Positions 51,631 through 64,000 of a stretch of DNA of 64,000 nt are shown here, one piece after another; the first letter of the stretch is position 1; the number at the start of each line of letters is the position of its first letter. The translations under genes were made by a program, and so were the position numbers. Location of the stretch: the NCBI GenBank assembly GCA_003971905.1, contig RSEE01000088.1:186001-250000 (forward strand), in the 5' to 3' direction. Below the pieces are notes generated by a model. The model was not told the DNA's origin. It saw only the letters and a list, made by a program, of their open reading frames with translations, and did no database searches. The DNA is from Moniliella sp. 'wahieum'. Its lineage: Eukaryota.

Positions 51631-54057
51631 GCCGAGGTTAGAGGTTCTGAGGTTGAGGATACTGAGGCCCTGAGGCTCATATCTCAATCTGAGGCCTTAG
51701 GGCTTAGGCCTTCCTTATTGAGGTACCGAGTGTACTGAGACGCCTGAAGCAGGCCTGAGGCCTGAGGGCATAATCTGCTTGTGATTTTGCACGATCACAG
51801 ACGCCAACAACAACGGTAGGGCAAGAAGAGGCCGCAGCAGAGACTGCAACCCTGGCGCCCCACCACAATCAGTATATGTAGGTTTTGTTCTAGCGCAGAC
51901 AGAAATAGACCGACACCAAAACGACCGTTCAACACGCTTTTGTAATGCGTTGGTAACATTGGAGACTGAGTTGCTGGAGAATGGTGATTAATGATTGGCG
52001 GTGGCAACAGCTTTTTGGAAACTGCCTACGCATTCCGAGGCACACCGTGCCTGACACCGCCCTTCCTTAGGGGTTTGTTTACGGCGTCGGCCGTCGGCGC
52101 GTCAGGCCGGCGTCTCAGTACTCAGTTCCTAGTAAGTACTCAGACTCAGGACTACTCTCCTCAGCGCCAGCGCTCAGCGCTCAGTGTTTACTTACTCAGA
52201 GTACTGAGCATCACTACTGTTGAACGTTGATGACGACGAGACGAGAAATGTTGGGAGACGGAGTGGCCTGCTTCAGCGCTTACAATATGGTAGTTACTAC
52301 CTACTAGTTAAACTCCTAGTGGTAGGCCGTGCTACACATGCTCAATATCCTGTCACACATGTCCCAGCTCGGACAGGGAATCGTATTGAGATGGCAGGAA
52401 TGCAGGAGTGGTGCACGGTGTTGGAAGGTGGGCGCTATATCATGCATCATGCATGTGTGATGCACGTGTCGCGTGACCGGTGACCCAGTATCACCGAGTG
52501 AAACACCGTCGGAATTGTCACATGTCACATGTCCCACAGAACACGACGGATGTGGATTTGGCCTATGCACATGGCCTATCGCCGGAAGAGAGCCCTGAGG
52601 CCCTGAACTTGAGGCACGACCTGGCGGTTATGCCATTGGCTGCCTGATTGGGTGGGCGCCAGCTGGTAGCCAACGCGGGATTTGGGAGCCTGGTAGGTGT
52701 GCCACTAACTAACATGCCCCTCTCTGCTAATAATAGTTTGCAAACGATATATGAACCCTCCAGAGAGTAACAGCGAATCATCTGCGGTACATGCCTTTTG
52801 TCGCGTCATCACACATCACCAAGTTACAACACCTATGCAGGACGAAGCGCCTCTCTCACAGTAATACAGGGCACGCAACCACAGCAAATCCTACTTTGAC
52901 CGGTTGCCTTTAGTGCACCTTTTCAGCGGCTTGAAAGAAGGAATATTATTGTTGCGGATGGCTTATCTCGCCACAGAGAATCATAGAACAGCATCAATGA
53001 CTCTTAACTCGAATCCCTCCGTGGTGCTTTATAGCCGATAATGGGAGTGTACACGGAGCACGCCCTCCGTCAGCTCGAGCATCCACGACAGTATGTAACA
53101 CAAGGATGTGCGCCGTCTTTTGACAGTGATGAGCATCCCTACGGTGCCCCTCCCTCCCCGCGCGCAGTATTCCCCGCGCTGTCCCGGCCCGCCGGCAATA
53201 TCTTAGTGTTGAACGTTGACTCCGAATCTATTGATACCCTTTTGCTTTGGGAGACAATTTTCTCAAGTACCTAGCATTTAGCGAATCCAAGAACATGCCT
53301 ATGTATGAGGTATACATATCAATCAAGCCGCGTTATATTACGTTAAGAGGTCGACTGGCCTGATCAAAATGCAGTTTGCTGATATCTGCATCCTATATCT
53401 GCATCTCCTGCTCTCGGTCGCTAGTACTATTTCCATCCTATTATTGCAGTGAAGGGGTGTGGTTCTCGGAAAACGCTTTCAAGATGAGCTCATCTCCAGC
53501 ACTCGTTCGACAAGACCACTATATAGAGGCGCAGCGCTCCATTCTCAAGAGTTCAGTCGCTCATCTACAAGGATGAGAAAGCTCAAAAGCTTTTGGGCCT
53601 GTAGTACAATGGGGGAGAACATAGAGAGGAGGTTGCAGCGCAAAACACTGTTACCACCCCGTGGTCTCTTTGTAGTCATGCACCCCTACCGACGCCAATA
53701 ACGCTTGCCCTTAGTGCTATCGAGAATTGGGAATTGGGATGAGCCGCCTGACCTCGACAGCTTGGTGGGAGTGCTAAACAAGAAATATGGCTTTGCTGGG
53801 ACGGGATGCGCAAATGCGCGGAAATGCTGACCATAAAACGCTTTTTAGTCAAGCCTTTCCAATGCCGCCACAGCAACTTCTTTTCAATATGAAGATCCGA
53901 CTAGCTGCCTCAGAAAACAAGGATGAGAAGGTGGGACAAAAGGCCTAAGGGGACGTCTGCTTCATTTAAGGGACCCGCAAGCAAAATGAGAGTAAGAGAG
54001 AACAAGATATGGGTTGCGGTAAACTCCAGTCTCTTCGTACATTCATTTTTTCTTTTC

Positions 54058-55564
54058 TCATTCTGCAATCATCGAAATCGTGCATGGTAGGCGCCCTGTC
54101 CCCCGGGGCTGAGTCTCGGAGTTCATGGTCTCATCGGCCATAGAAGCAGGGGAGGGAGCACTCTTACATCGAGTAGCATACACATCGAGTAACGGATGTG
54201 GCGTAATGAGGCAGTAAGCAACCGCGTTACGCTTGAGGTCAGCATGCCAGATTGCCTTCATCAACGCCTCGAGCTCGCTCGAGATGTACAGGTCACGTGT
54301 CAACGTCTCGAACGGGACATCTTCTCCACCAAGTGAGAATTTGGCCAGTCAGCGCGGTAAACCCGTGCTGCCGAAGGAAGAGCTCGTCAATCACAAGTTG
54401 CCGGTGAATGTGGAAGCATCTGTTCCAAGATTCGGCCTGCCGCTTCCGCGACAATTTCGGGACTGCGCCAGCCACGCTCGGCCCCCTCGCCCGGGTTGAC
54501 GATCCGCATAGCCGAGGTGCCAATCATCGTCAGGGGCCAAAGCGAGTTGACGCCCACCTTGCCTTTCGTCTCGGCCGCCAAGGCGAGGGTGAGAAGCGAC
54601 ATGCCCATCTTTGTGATCGTGTACGCTGCACCGGTTTGGGCAAATTGCTCGGGCCAGGCACCTCCCTTGCCAGTGCTGACCGTCCGAAAGTCTCCCAGAG
54701 GAGGGAGAGAGAGTGAGAATGTGGGCGCGGTTGGGGGTCCAAGCCCGGCTGGATTGCTCGTAACTCTTGAGCAAGTGCGGGAGTGCAGTCCGTGCGACGA
54801 GATACGAGCCACGGGCATTAATCGCTTGCAGGAGATCATACGATTTGGTCGTGGCTTGCTCCGTTGGGGTCAAATTGATCGCCGAGGCGTTATTGATCAC
54901 AATATCTAGACCACCAAACTTGTCCACCGTCGCTCCAATCGCATTCTCCACTGCCGACGCATCCCGCACATCCATTTGGATTGCAAGACCCTTGGCATCC
55001 GTCTGTTCCTCCGTACCAATCCGTTCAATCTCCTCTACCGCCGTATAAATTGTGCCGGGAAGCTGGGGAAACGAGGGTCAGCACGCCACCTTCGTGATAA
55101 GCTCACCACGTTCCGCAGTGTATACATACCACACGATGAGGTTCGGCACTAAGTTAAAAGTAAGTGCGGGAACGCAAGAAAAAAGACGCGGTTAGTCACT
55201 GTCCACCAACGCTTCCCAGTGGGGCTTGACCGTTCTAACAAATGACTTTGCCGTGTTGTCATTGTGCCGAGGTGGGAAGGAGGGGAAAGGCGACGTACGA
55301 TTTCGCTGCCACCGCAACGTTGGCTCCCATCCGGGCGAGTTTCTTGGCGATCTCAAAACCAATCCCACGTGAGGCGCCCGTGCTGCAGAAGCCGAGTCAG
55401 CTACGTCGATACAGAAGGGGAGCAGCGGGACGTACATGAACGCCGTCTTTCCTATAGCAGCCGCAATGGAGGAAGGAGGGGGAGGATATGTTGTTAGCAT
55501 TGGCTATGGGGGCCAGCAGTACAAACAGATGGGCGAGAGGAGACGTACCCCGAAGTGCAGCCAT
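54058..55564 (-). CDS. Short-chain dehydrogenase/reductase, HSDL2-like; several 5' micro-exons; 3' end uncertain
   Basis: Spliced reading 'MAALRG-KTAFI-TGASRGIGFEIA..LA..GANV.VAAKS-AEPH.-LPGTIYTAVEEIE', then 'FGGLDIVINNASAI', 'AYTITKMGMS', 'VNSLWP.T.I.T.A'. Confidence 0.88.
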
Positions 55565-56944
55565 GGTGTCGTGTGAGCTGAGGGCGGTTCCCAGAATGTG
55601 GGTACGGGGCTTGAACTGGGCTGAAAGAAGCCAGGTGGTGGGACGGAGGCAAGCCGGTAGGGGAAGCCTGTGCACGGCCCGTGAATTTAGTCCGCGACGT
55701 GCAACATTCAACGTTCAACCCCAGCTGTCACACTATCCGACTGTTTTTCCCGCCGCGTATAATACCGGCATCCGCATCATCCATGCATCATTCATCGATA
55801 TCAGCATAGGGTCAAATGGGCTGAGGATGGGAGGACTGGGTTGGCTAGGCACGTTAGGCGTTTTAAGCGCGCACACCCACCATGGATGGCCACTTGCGGG
55901 CGGAGTGGGGCCGGATGGGAGAGGCGGGAAAGCCAGCTGAGCGTGGCTGGGCTGAGCTTCACCATCCACACTCGATGATGCAATGCTCTGATTAATGATT
56001 GAGCTCATGTGCATCGTATCTCTCATCGATGAGTCTTATCCATCATCGATGGCCCTGCGGGGATCCAGCTTAGCTTCAAGCTTCAAGCTTCAAGCTGGGG
56101 CGGGGCGGTGGTCCTGCTGGAAGCGGGGATACGGACCTAATAGCTTTTGGCCCTGCATTTTATCCTGACGCCAGGGACCGATTCCTACTTGGTCTGATTC
56201 GCTTATTGCTAGCCTAACCCGCGCATTCCCCCCAGCGGGGCGCCCACCCGGGTTTCGGCGTCGTCCTTCCGAGTAAGCCGGAGAGCCTGAGGACTCGGTG
56301 AATCCCATAACAGGCGGCTGCGGAGAAGTGGCGGAACGTATTCCTATGTTGAACGTTGAACGTTGCACTTGAACATTCAAATATTCAACCCCATTCAATA
56401 TGCAACATTGAATAGTGAACGTTCAACGTTCAACCTACTTAACCTTGACTATCAACGTGTTCACACGTCACAGTCGCTTGGAGATGTTCGCCTGTGTTAT
56501 AGGGCCGTATGCGTCTTCCTGATCCATTTGATCCTTCAAACACCGCTGCTGATCTCCCCGTGAGTGCCCATCAGGTTAAGTATTCGGTATGGAATGGCAC
56601 CATGGACCGGAATATATGAACGGGAGACTGGACGACTAACATAATCTTCGTCTCTATATTTCTGTCATGTGTATATAGTAGGTGAGGAGAGAAGGATGAC
56701 TGCATGGCATGCTCATCAACGGTGGCACAGCGCAGAAAGGGTAATGCAGAGTGCAGAGGAGATGTGAATTGCATAACAAACCTCCGTAGCGTAATGAACC
56801 CAGTCATAGAACAGAGAGATGAGAGAGTGGAGGGATGGAGGATGGGGCTCGGCAAGCATACCAACCACATACGGGCATGGTGCAACTTCCCACGACGTCT
56901 GGGCCTCCATGCATCAGTCGGTCACTTATTGGCATAGTCATCCA

Positions 56945-58971
56945 TCATCCAGGCCCAAACACACCCGGAAAGGTTTTTGGATGAGATGCGTTCTCATCTG
57001 TTGGGTTCGATGATAGAAAAGAAGGTCCACGTAGAGGAATGGCAGACAAAAACGAGGACGGTTGCATGGGGGAAATGACGGACGAAGATGAAGAGTATGG
57101 CTCCAGATCGAACATTTGTCTTATCCACCAGGGATCAGCCTCTTGGGATTCATCTCCTTCGCCACGTGACGTTGATGCAATTGGAACCATCCGTCGTACC
57201 CTATCCGCAGTTGGCGAACCCGAGCCTCCAAAGTGGAATGAAGGGGATGGATAGCCCTCACGAGATTGGAGTGGGGCATTATTTGCGGATACTGTTGAAG
57301 GAGGAATGAGAGAGTCGTACCTTGGCGCGGCGGCGCGGTATCGCAAGAGAAGGGAAATTGAGGCACGTCAGGGGTAGTGATCCCTGTGCTGAATGTGGCT
57401 GAAGTCGGTTCAAGGAAAGGGAAGAATACAATTCACTCGTGGCCTGGTTGTTTGAGCTTGTGTAAGAAGTTCCGTCGCCTGGAGGGCAAAGAGGAATGCT
57501 GCTTGCACCTGTATCGCTAGCCATCTGGGGCGAGGGAGGCAGCCTACCAGACGACGACACAGGAAAGGAAAACTCCGGATCACGTCCAGCACGGAGATCC
57601 ACCTTGGTTCCAGAAACGGATCGCGGGGACCACGTGGTTGAAGAGCTGTGGCGTCGTTTGGAACCATGCTTATTGAAGCTTTTGACAAAGGACTGGCGAC
57701 GGGGAATTTCCATGTTGAGCGGTAGGCTCTTCCTCGATCCAAGTCTTGGAGTCCGTCCATGCTGCACTTCCGTAATTGGTCCCACGCCTGAAAAAAGAGC
57801 ACGACACGTGGTTGGCTCCGCCTGCAAGACGTTGTAATTGCTTACTTTTGATGGTGAATGGGAAATGAGGTCTTCACTAGTAGAAGAGCTGCGCAGAGGC
57901 TGGGGTGAATGAGTGCACGGCGCAGAGGAACGTCTCCCTTGATAGAGATGGACTTGTAGTGCGGCACTGTTATGTTCAGGCGTCCAAGTGGAGATACACA
58001 GTTGAGGATCGTCTTCAAGTATAGGGTAGATCAGACTTGTCACCCCGCATTCATCGGATAATGAACGGGCCCGAGAAAGGGAAATCCTTCGCCATAATAC
58101 GCCAACACCGAAGGAGATCACAACAATAAACAGAGAGAGAAACATGTTAGTCCTCAACAATAACTGGGGTGTTACTAGCTTTACTGATGGCGGTAGATGA
58201 ATACCAAAACAGACGTACCACACCCCCTTGTAGTGCATTTGCCCGCCCGCACCACATCACGTTCTTCGATACGCTTGAGGATGCTGTCTCTCTGCCCTCG
58301 GGTTTTGATTGGACCAACAGTAGTGCTCTGTGCGTGAGGGGGCAAACGCATGGCGAGATTGAGGAGCTTGGTGCCATTGACCATGTCGTTGTCTGTTTTT
58401 GTTAAAAGGAGAGAGGGAGAGAATTGGTTAGTCCAAACGTGCTGTTGGTTCGTTGATGCATGGTGAGCGTTATACTCACCTCGCCGGCGACAAATAGTCA
58501 CTCCGCGCGCGTCAAGCTGGTAGACCATAGTTCGCTGTTCGGCCCAATACGAGACCATAATACTGGGGCATGAAATTCCCGAAGGAACCAAAGGGATAGG
58601 GGCAGTGCCGTCTGGAGTTGATTCCAAGGTCAACAATGCAGACAAATCGGAAGCCGACCTCTCTGCCCCAGCCGAAGAAAACAAGGAGATCCATCCCCAT
58701 CCGCGCCTAGAAATTCTCTTCGTGGTGAAACCGTGGTTCCATTCTGGCCAGGAAAATGTGAAGAAGGAAGTGGAAAATTGAGGCTCATCCCTCTAGGAAG
58801 CTTCTGGAAAGAATGGGGAGTCGAACTTTGTCCTAATAGAGTGTCTTCGGTAGAATTAACAGGCATGAAGCGTACTCCATGCCCTACCGCCACGCCTTGG
58901 CTCATGACATGCCTTCCACCACTTTCACCTGAAAGCGGAGGCAAAGCCCAATTTGGAGGCTCTCTACTCAT
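56945..58971 (-). CDS. APSES/KilA-N transcription factor, divergent StuA/Sok2-like; introns 58393-58479 and 58087-58218; ends approximate
   Basis: 'YWAEQRTMVYQLDARGVTICRRR^DNDMVNGTKLLNLA...TRGQRDSILK.......V..G.MHYKGVW^ISLSRA' follows the StuA-type APSES consensus. Confidence 0.8.
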
Positions 58972-61587
58972 GTCACCTCCACAAGTTGATCGCCAAGAAT
59001 AGAACGCTAAGCCCGTGTGATCGGCGTACACTTTTGGGGGTAGATGGTGTTCGCGAAGACGTGAACTGCGTCGATATCTCGGAGTGTTGAGACAATACCT
59101 GTGCTTGCCCTCCCCAAGCGCCGCCAGCAACGTCTTGTCGAGAGACTGCACTGTTCGCCAAAGAAGCCGCAGAGCTGTGGAGGGATTCGTCAGAGGAAGG
59201 GGGGTTTGGTGGCAGGGAAGAAACAGAACGTTGAACGTTGACTCCCCACAGCCACATGTGTCCCTATAGTCTTATGAGAGATTTGCGCGATTTGAGCTGA
59301 GTACGTTCGCTCCTCTGAATAATCTAGAGGAGCGGGCGTGCCTGGTCAACCTTGTGACCTAGGTCCACTGAGCTCTTTCGATATAGATCTCCCGAAAAAG
59401 GACCCCCCCACGACAGACACCGCCGTTATTACTTTCTTCGTGATGGATGAGCTTCATCCATAACCGGTAATCCCGAATGCTCTTTACAACCCCACCCACC
59501 CAAACAGCAGGATCGAGCTTATCATCATTAAGATAAAACGGGGCGTGCGAGGTTATACATGCACATTTCCTTCATATTTGTAGCGTATTGCTGAAGAGCG
59601 TTGGTTGAGATGTGAGAGTACTGAGTGTGGATACACGTGGTGTATGAGCTTGTTGAAGTGTGGCGGGCAAAGAAGATGCATACATATGATTCTCTTCCGC
59701 TCTCTCCTCTCTGTATGTTTCTATAACCCCTTCTCTTCCATGGCGCTCGATCGCATTAAAACGTACCGTTACACATGCAATGATTCGCACGTAATACCAA
59801 AGTAGAGGAGCGCTGGCGTGAAATTGGACTCAAATGTTCGGCCAGGCACACCCGACCACACCCTCACAGATATGGCGGACCATTGGGGCTTATAGTGGTG
59901 AACAGGAAGGGACATGAAAAACGTGGGATTATCGATTATCGATCATACTGAGCCACACGTCTGACCCCACATTCCAGTATGCGCTCCCCACTCTGTCGTT
60001 TCATAGTATCATTGCGTTCCTTAATGTCCGCCAACTAACTCCTGAGTCATGTGTGCATGAAATCGTTCACAAGAACTTAGTACTGACTGTGTGCAGACAG
60101 ACCGTGGAAACACCTCGCTCCCACTGCCAAGCTCGCTCACATAAGCACAAGGTATGTGCATGTTCCTGTAGGGGGAGAGAGAAGAGAGAATCACACGTAC
60201 GGGGAGACTCCAACCAGTCCTTCGTTTTTTTATCTCTCTTTCATATAATTATAGCTGTTTCTATATTCATGTAAGAGCTTTGGCCTGACTAAGGACTCTG
60301 TTAGTTGTGGTGATGCTTTGGTATAGTATCAGATGCACTGCTTCTGTTCCACTTCAAGCTTCACCAAAAGACGGAGCCGAGAGACATTCCCTCATCCGCG
60401 GTGTAACTAGTATAACTAGGCGAAATAGACGGGGATGATTGAATTAAACCACACACTAAATTGCGTTGAATATATATTAGGCGATGTGAATCTTTTCGTC
60501 GATCATCGATCACACCTTCTCATCTCGTCAGAAAGCCGTGCTTACCACAACCCATGCAATGGGTCCCGGTCCAGCATTCGCCGCACCACCCTTCGTTTTC
60601 AGGCTCGCGCGTCGCCAACCCCGACGTAGTACTATAACCTGCAAGTTGGGTACCACGTCGCCACACAGGAGTACCTTATTTTCTTCCATCCTTCTGGTTT
60701 GTTTTAAGGTGAATGCACATTTCACACCGCTATCATCATGATGTTACGGTATACTTAGGAGGGGTTGCGGCAGCTGTGGGTTTCAGTGTCCTCCTGGACT
60801 CACGCACGGACGCGGTATTCTCCTCTCAAATGTTGTTCGGGCGATAACACACTTTTGGTGGTGGGGAAAGCGGCGACTGCTCCCCGCGTGAGTATACTCT
60901 GCCCCAAATCCACTATATATAGCGCGCACTCATATAGTAGTGACTAGTGACGCCCTCTGAGAGAACACATCCCAGAGAGCAGAGTCGGAATTGGTGGTCG
61001 ATGAAGACTATAACGGCTTGCTCAAAGGTAGTGGCGTTCGAGCCCAATACGCCTCTCCCTTCTCAAACCGCGATCGGAAATGCCATATAGGTGATCTTTT
61101 TGGCCATAACTATAATACTGTGACCAAATTCTTGCAGTATCCCGAACACAGCCGCATACTTGAGGATGCGTAGGTGAATAAGGGACGAGCAAAACAGCGG
61201 CTGAGAACAAAGAGTGACTGCTCGATACTATAAGTATAGACTTCGGAGATGGAATAACCATACAGTGGGAGTTAGTATTTGGACACCTTCAGTCGCCCCT
61301 CAAGCTGGAAAGGAGGACGTATCGTCGACTCTTTTTGGGTGTGGGCAGCATTTGACGCGGCTTTGAAACGCTGCCACATATATGCCAGTTTTTGGTGGCG
61401 ATGAAGACAGCAGCAGTATATTGTACTGGAAGAGCGATGAGAAATCAATATACCAACACTATACGGGGTACTGATATGGCATGCTATCTATCGTTTGTGC
61501 CTGTCCGATTCCGCAGAGTCCCTCTCCGTGGTCAGGTGTTGCGAAGACATCTTTCTCGTCTCCACACCCTTCTCGCGAGCAGCTACC

Positions 61588-62119
61588 TGTCATAGTTTAG
61601 CTGATTTCGCTCCCATTCCCAATTTCTTCGTCCGAGCGTCTCGCTCTTTCCCTGTTTCTTCCCCAGCACCATGTCCTCTGTTCTTGCGGCTCATCACGAG
61701 GTCGAACATGTCCTCGACTCTCGCCGCAAGCGTCGTGGAGGCCGCATTGAGTACTTTGTTCACTTCCGGGGCTATCCTGTCCACGAGAGGGAGTGGGTAC
61801 CGGCTGCGGACATGTCTCATGACGCCGAGCCAGTGGTCCGTTTCCACGCCCTCTACCCCGATAAGCCTGTCTCCCATGCCCGCCGACTCGCCCTCTCTCG
61901 CCTCCGTCGCCGCCCGGGAGAGGAGGTCTGAAAGGGGGCAATGTCATAGTTTGGCTGATCTCGCTCCCATTTCCAATTTCTTCGTTCCGAGCGTCTCGCT
62001 CTTTCCCTGTTTCTTCCCAGCACCATGTCCTCTGTTCTTGCTTCTTCCCCACGAACGATTGCTACACCCCTTGGCCTAGTCCGATCCTGGTCTCCCTCGC
62101 CTTAGCCCCGACTGTGACA
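61588..62119 (+). mobile_element. Internally deleted chromovirus (Ty3/gypsy): truncated 5' LTR 61588-61687, chromodomain, PPT, complete 3' LTR 61942-62119
   Basis: ~100-bp direct repeat starting TGTCATAG; 3' LTR bounded by TGTCA...TGACA; PPT GAAAGGGGG at 61930-61938; imperfect TSD CTACC/CTATT. Confidence 0.85.
61671..61931 (+). CDS. Stand-alone chromodomain ORF (86 aa) derived from a retrotransposon integrase C-terminus
   Basis: 'HEVEHVLDSRRKRRGGRIEYFVHFRGYPVHEREWVPAADMSHDAEPVVRFHALYPDKP'. Confidence 0.7.
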   Translation: MSSVLAAHHEVEHVLDSRRKRRGGRIEYFVHFRGYPVHEREWVPAADMSHDAEPVVRFHALYPDKPVSHARRLALSRLRRRPGEEV

Positions 62120-62769
62120 CTATTATACCAACTCGTGCGTTAGTACTCCTGCCTCAGAAAGCTTGAACGTGATGCTTAAGGATGCTGAAAATGACCTTAA
62201 TGGCCTTCCTATGGCCGGATGGAAAAGGCCCCTGGACCTGTGACGGCGTTCTTCCCGTGAGCGACACGAGCATGAACGCCCACGGAGTCACTCTGAGGAG
62301 ATCAGATAGATGATAGTACGCTAATATAATTAAGCCTCGTTTGGTACGCAATAGCTCCAGCCACTGCGTCTGTGCTGGCTGAGGCCGTCCCGCTGCCGCG
62401 GCTGAAAGTTGAAATGCGTCAAGGGCGCAGCCATCCGGGAAACAATGCAATCCGGATCAAATTACCCCGCATCCTGCTCTGAATCCCAGAAACGGGTGAG
62501 CTCGGGATCATCGATGACACTATGCAACCTGCAGGTGGGCTCGCCTAGGGTTAGGAAGGCGCAATAAACATCCGCAGCGGGCAGGCGGCTCGTCTGTGGA
62601 TGTTTCTATTCAGAACCCCTGCATGGCGCCTGTGTGGCTGCCCCCCTGTGGTTCGTCCCGACCGCCCCGCCGCTTTGGGCTTCCCACCCAACATCGACTC
62701 GAGTGAGTATCGCGCGGCGTGCAGCTGTCCTGGTTGGTGGTCCTGACTTCTCTGTCTCCAGCCAGACTC

Positions 62770-63886
62770 ATGGCCTCCGTGCGACGATGTCAGTGTGCGC
62801 GTGCTGACGGCAGCGCTAGCGGTGCGAGCCTGCCCTTGCCCCGCCGTCCTTACCGCGCCGATTCGCTCGGACGTGGTGCAGATCACCTACACAGGTGGCC
62901 AAGAACAAGCGTCAGCCGTACGCCGTTTCGACCAAGGCTGGTCACCAGACCTCGGCTGAGTCGTGGGGCACGGGCCGTGCCTTGGCTCGTATTCCCCGCG
63001 TCGGTGGCTCGGGCACGCACCGTGCTGGCCAGGCTGCGTTTGGTAACATGGCCCGTGGCGGTCACATGTTTGCCCCCACCAAGGTGTGGCGCCGCTGGGG
63101 GTGAAGACCAACCAGAACCAGAAGCGGGTTGCCACCGCTTCGGCCCTGGCTGCGCGGCTGTCCGTCGCTGGTTCTTGCCCGTGGCCACCGCGTGGAGCAG
63201 GTGGCTGAGGTGCCCCTCGTTGTCCCCACCGAGGTCGAGTCCTACTCGAAGACCAAGGAGGCTGTCGCCCTCCTCAAGGCTCTGACGCGTACGATGACGT
63301 GCTCAAGGTGTCCAACTCGCGCAAGATCCGCGCTGGTCAGGGCAAGCTGCGCAACCGTCGTCACGTCCAGCGCCGTGGCCCCCTTGTGGTCTACAACGAA
63401 GACAAGGGCATCTACCGTGCCTTCCGCAACCTTCCTGGTGTGGAGCTCGTGTCGGTTCACCGGCTCAACCTTCTCCAGCTCGCGCCTGGTGGTCACCTCG
63501 GTCGCTTTGTGATCTGGACGGAGGCTGCCTTTAAGCAGCTTGACTCGATCTTTGGCACGTACGACGCTGCCTCGGCCCAGAAGAAGGGCTTTGTTCTGCC
63601 CCGCGCCAAGATCACCAACACGGACGTGTCGCGCCTGCTTGCGTCGGAGGAGATCCGGGCTGTGCTCCGTCCTGCCGGCCCCAAGGCGACCAAGCGTCCC
63701 TTCACCCAGAAGAAGAACCCGCTGCGCAACAAGTTCGTCATGGACCGCCTCAACCCTTACGCTAAGGTTCAGCGCAAGATTGGGCTGAGATTCGTGCTGC
63801 CAAGGCGGCTGGCACCTACAAGCCGGCTGCCAAGCCTGCCAAGCTGGCTCTCAACCCAAGTTCCTCGAGTTCTTCACGCTCCCTAA
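62770..63886 (+). CDS. RPL4: 60S ribosomal protein uL4 (L4); 5'-UTR intron at about 62703-62761; frameshifts
   Basis: '[61 protein letters not shown]', '[11 protein letters not shown]', '[20 protein letters not shown]', 'KKNPLRN'. Confidence 0.97.
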
Positions 63887-64000
63887 ACGGGGCTCGACCG
63901 TCGATGTTTGTTGGGAACTCTGATCGTTGCTCGCACTTCGCCCAAGCAGAGGTTTTGGTGTGTGCCAGCTTGTCTGGTACGCTGTGCTGTGCCTACGGTT

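Noticed and set aside
60742..60849. Possible short solo LTR (TGTTA...TAACA)
   Set aside because: No target-site duplication (CATGA versus CACTT) and no second copy in the window.

Overview
Gene-dense, GC-rich eukaryotic DNA from a basidiomycete fungus (probably smut-like; inferred from short GT-AG introns with CTAAC branch points and from the gene set). It holds about 17 recognisable genes: XAP5/FAM50, an F-BAR RhoGAP, PP2A-B56, an MFS transporter, condensin YCS4, SEC62, IMP4, mitochondrial bL28, an EF-hand NDH-2, the PKA regulatory subunit, TSC13, BEM46/ABHD13, PHO89, a MedA-like factor, an HSDL2-like SDR, a StuA-like APSES factor and RPL4. There is also an intron-containing tRNA-Lys(UUU). 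Many essential genes are broken by 1-bp indels, which points to an unpolished long-read assembly, so gene ends are approximate. Main non-routine observations: (1) a window-wide intergenic pattern of 7-bp units, TNA plus a palindromic tetramer, using 14 of the 16 possible tetramers, with one such unit apparently newly inserted in an old solo LTR; (2) a non-coding mini-LTR retroelement (TRIM-like) inserted twice as a tandem array (LTR-I-LTR-I-LTR core) with perfect 5-bp TSDs, plus a solo LTR; (3) a four-intron micro-exon gene, missed by the ORF track, upstream of PHO89 on the same strand; (4) a deleted chromovirus reduced to an intact stand-alone chromodomain ORF.
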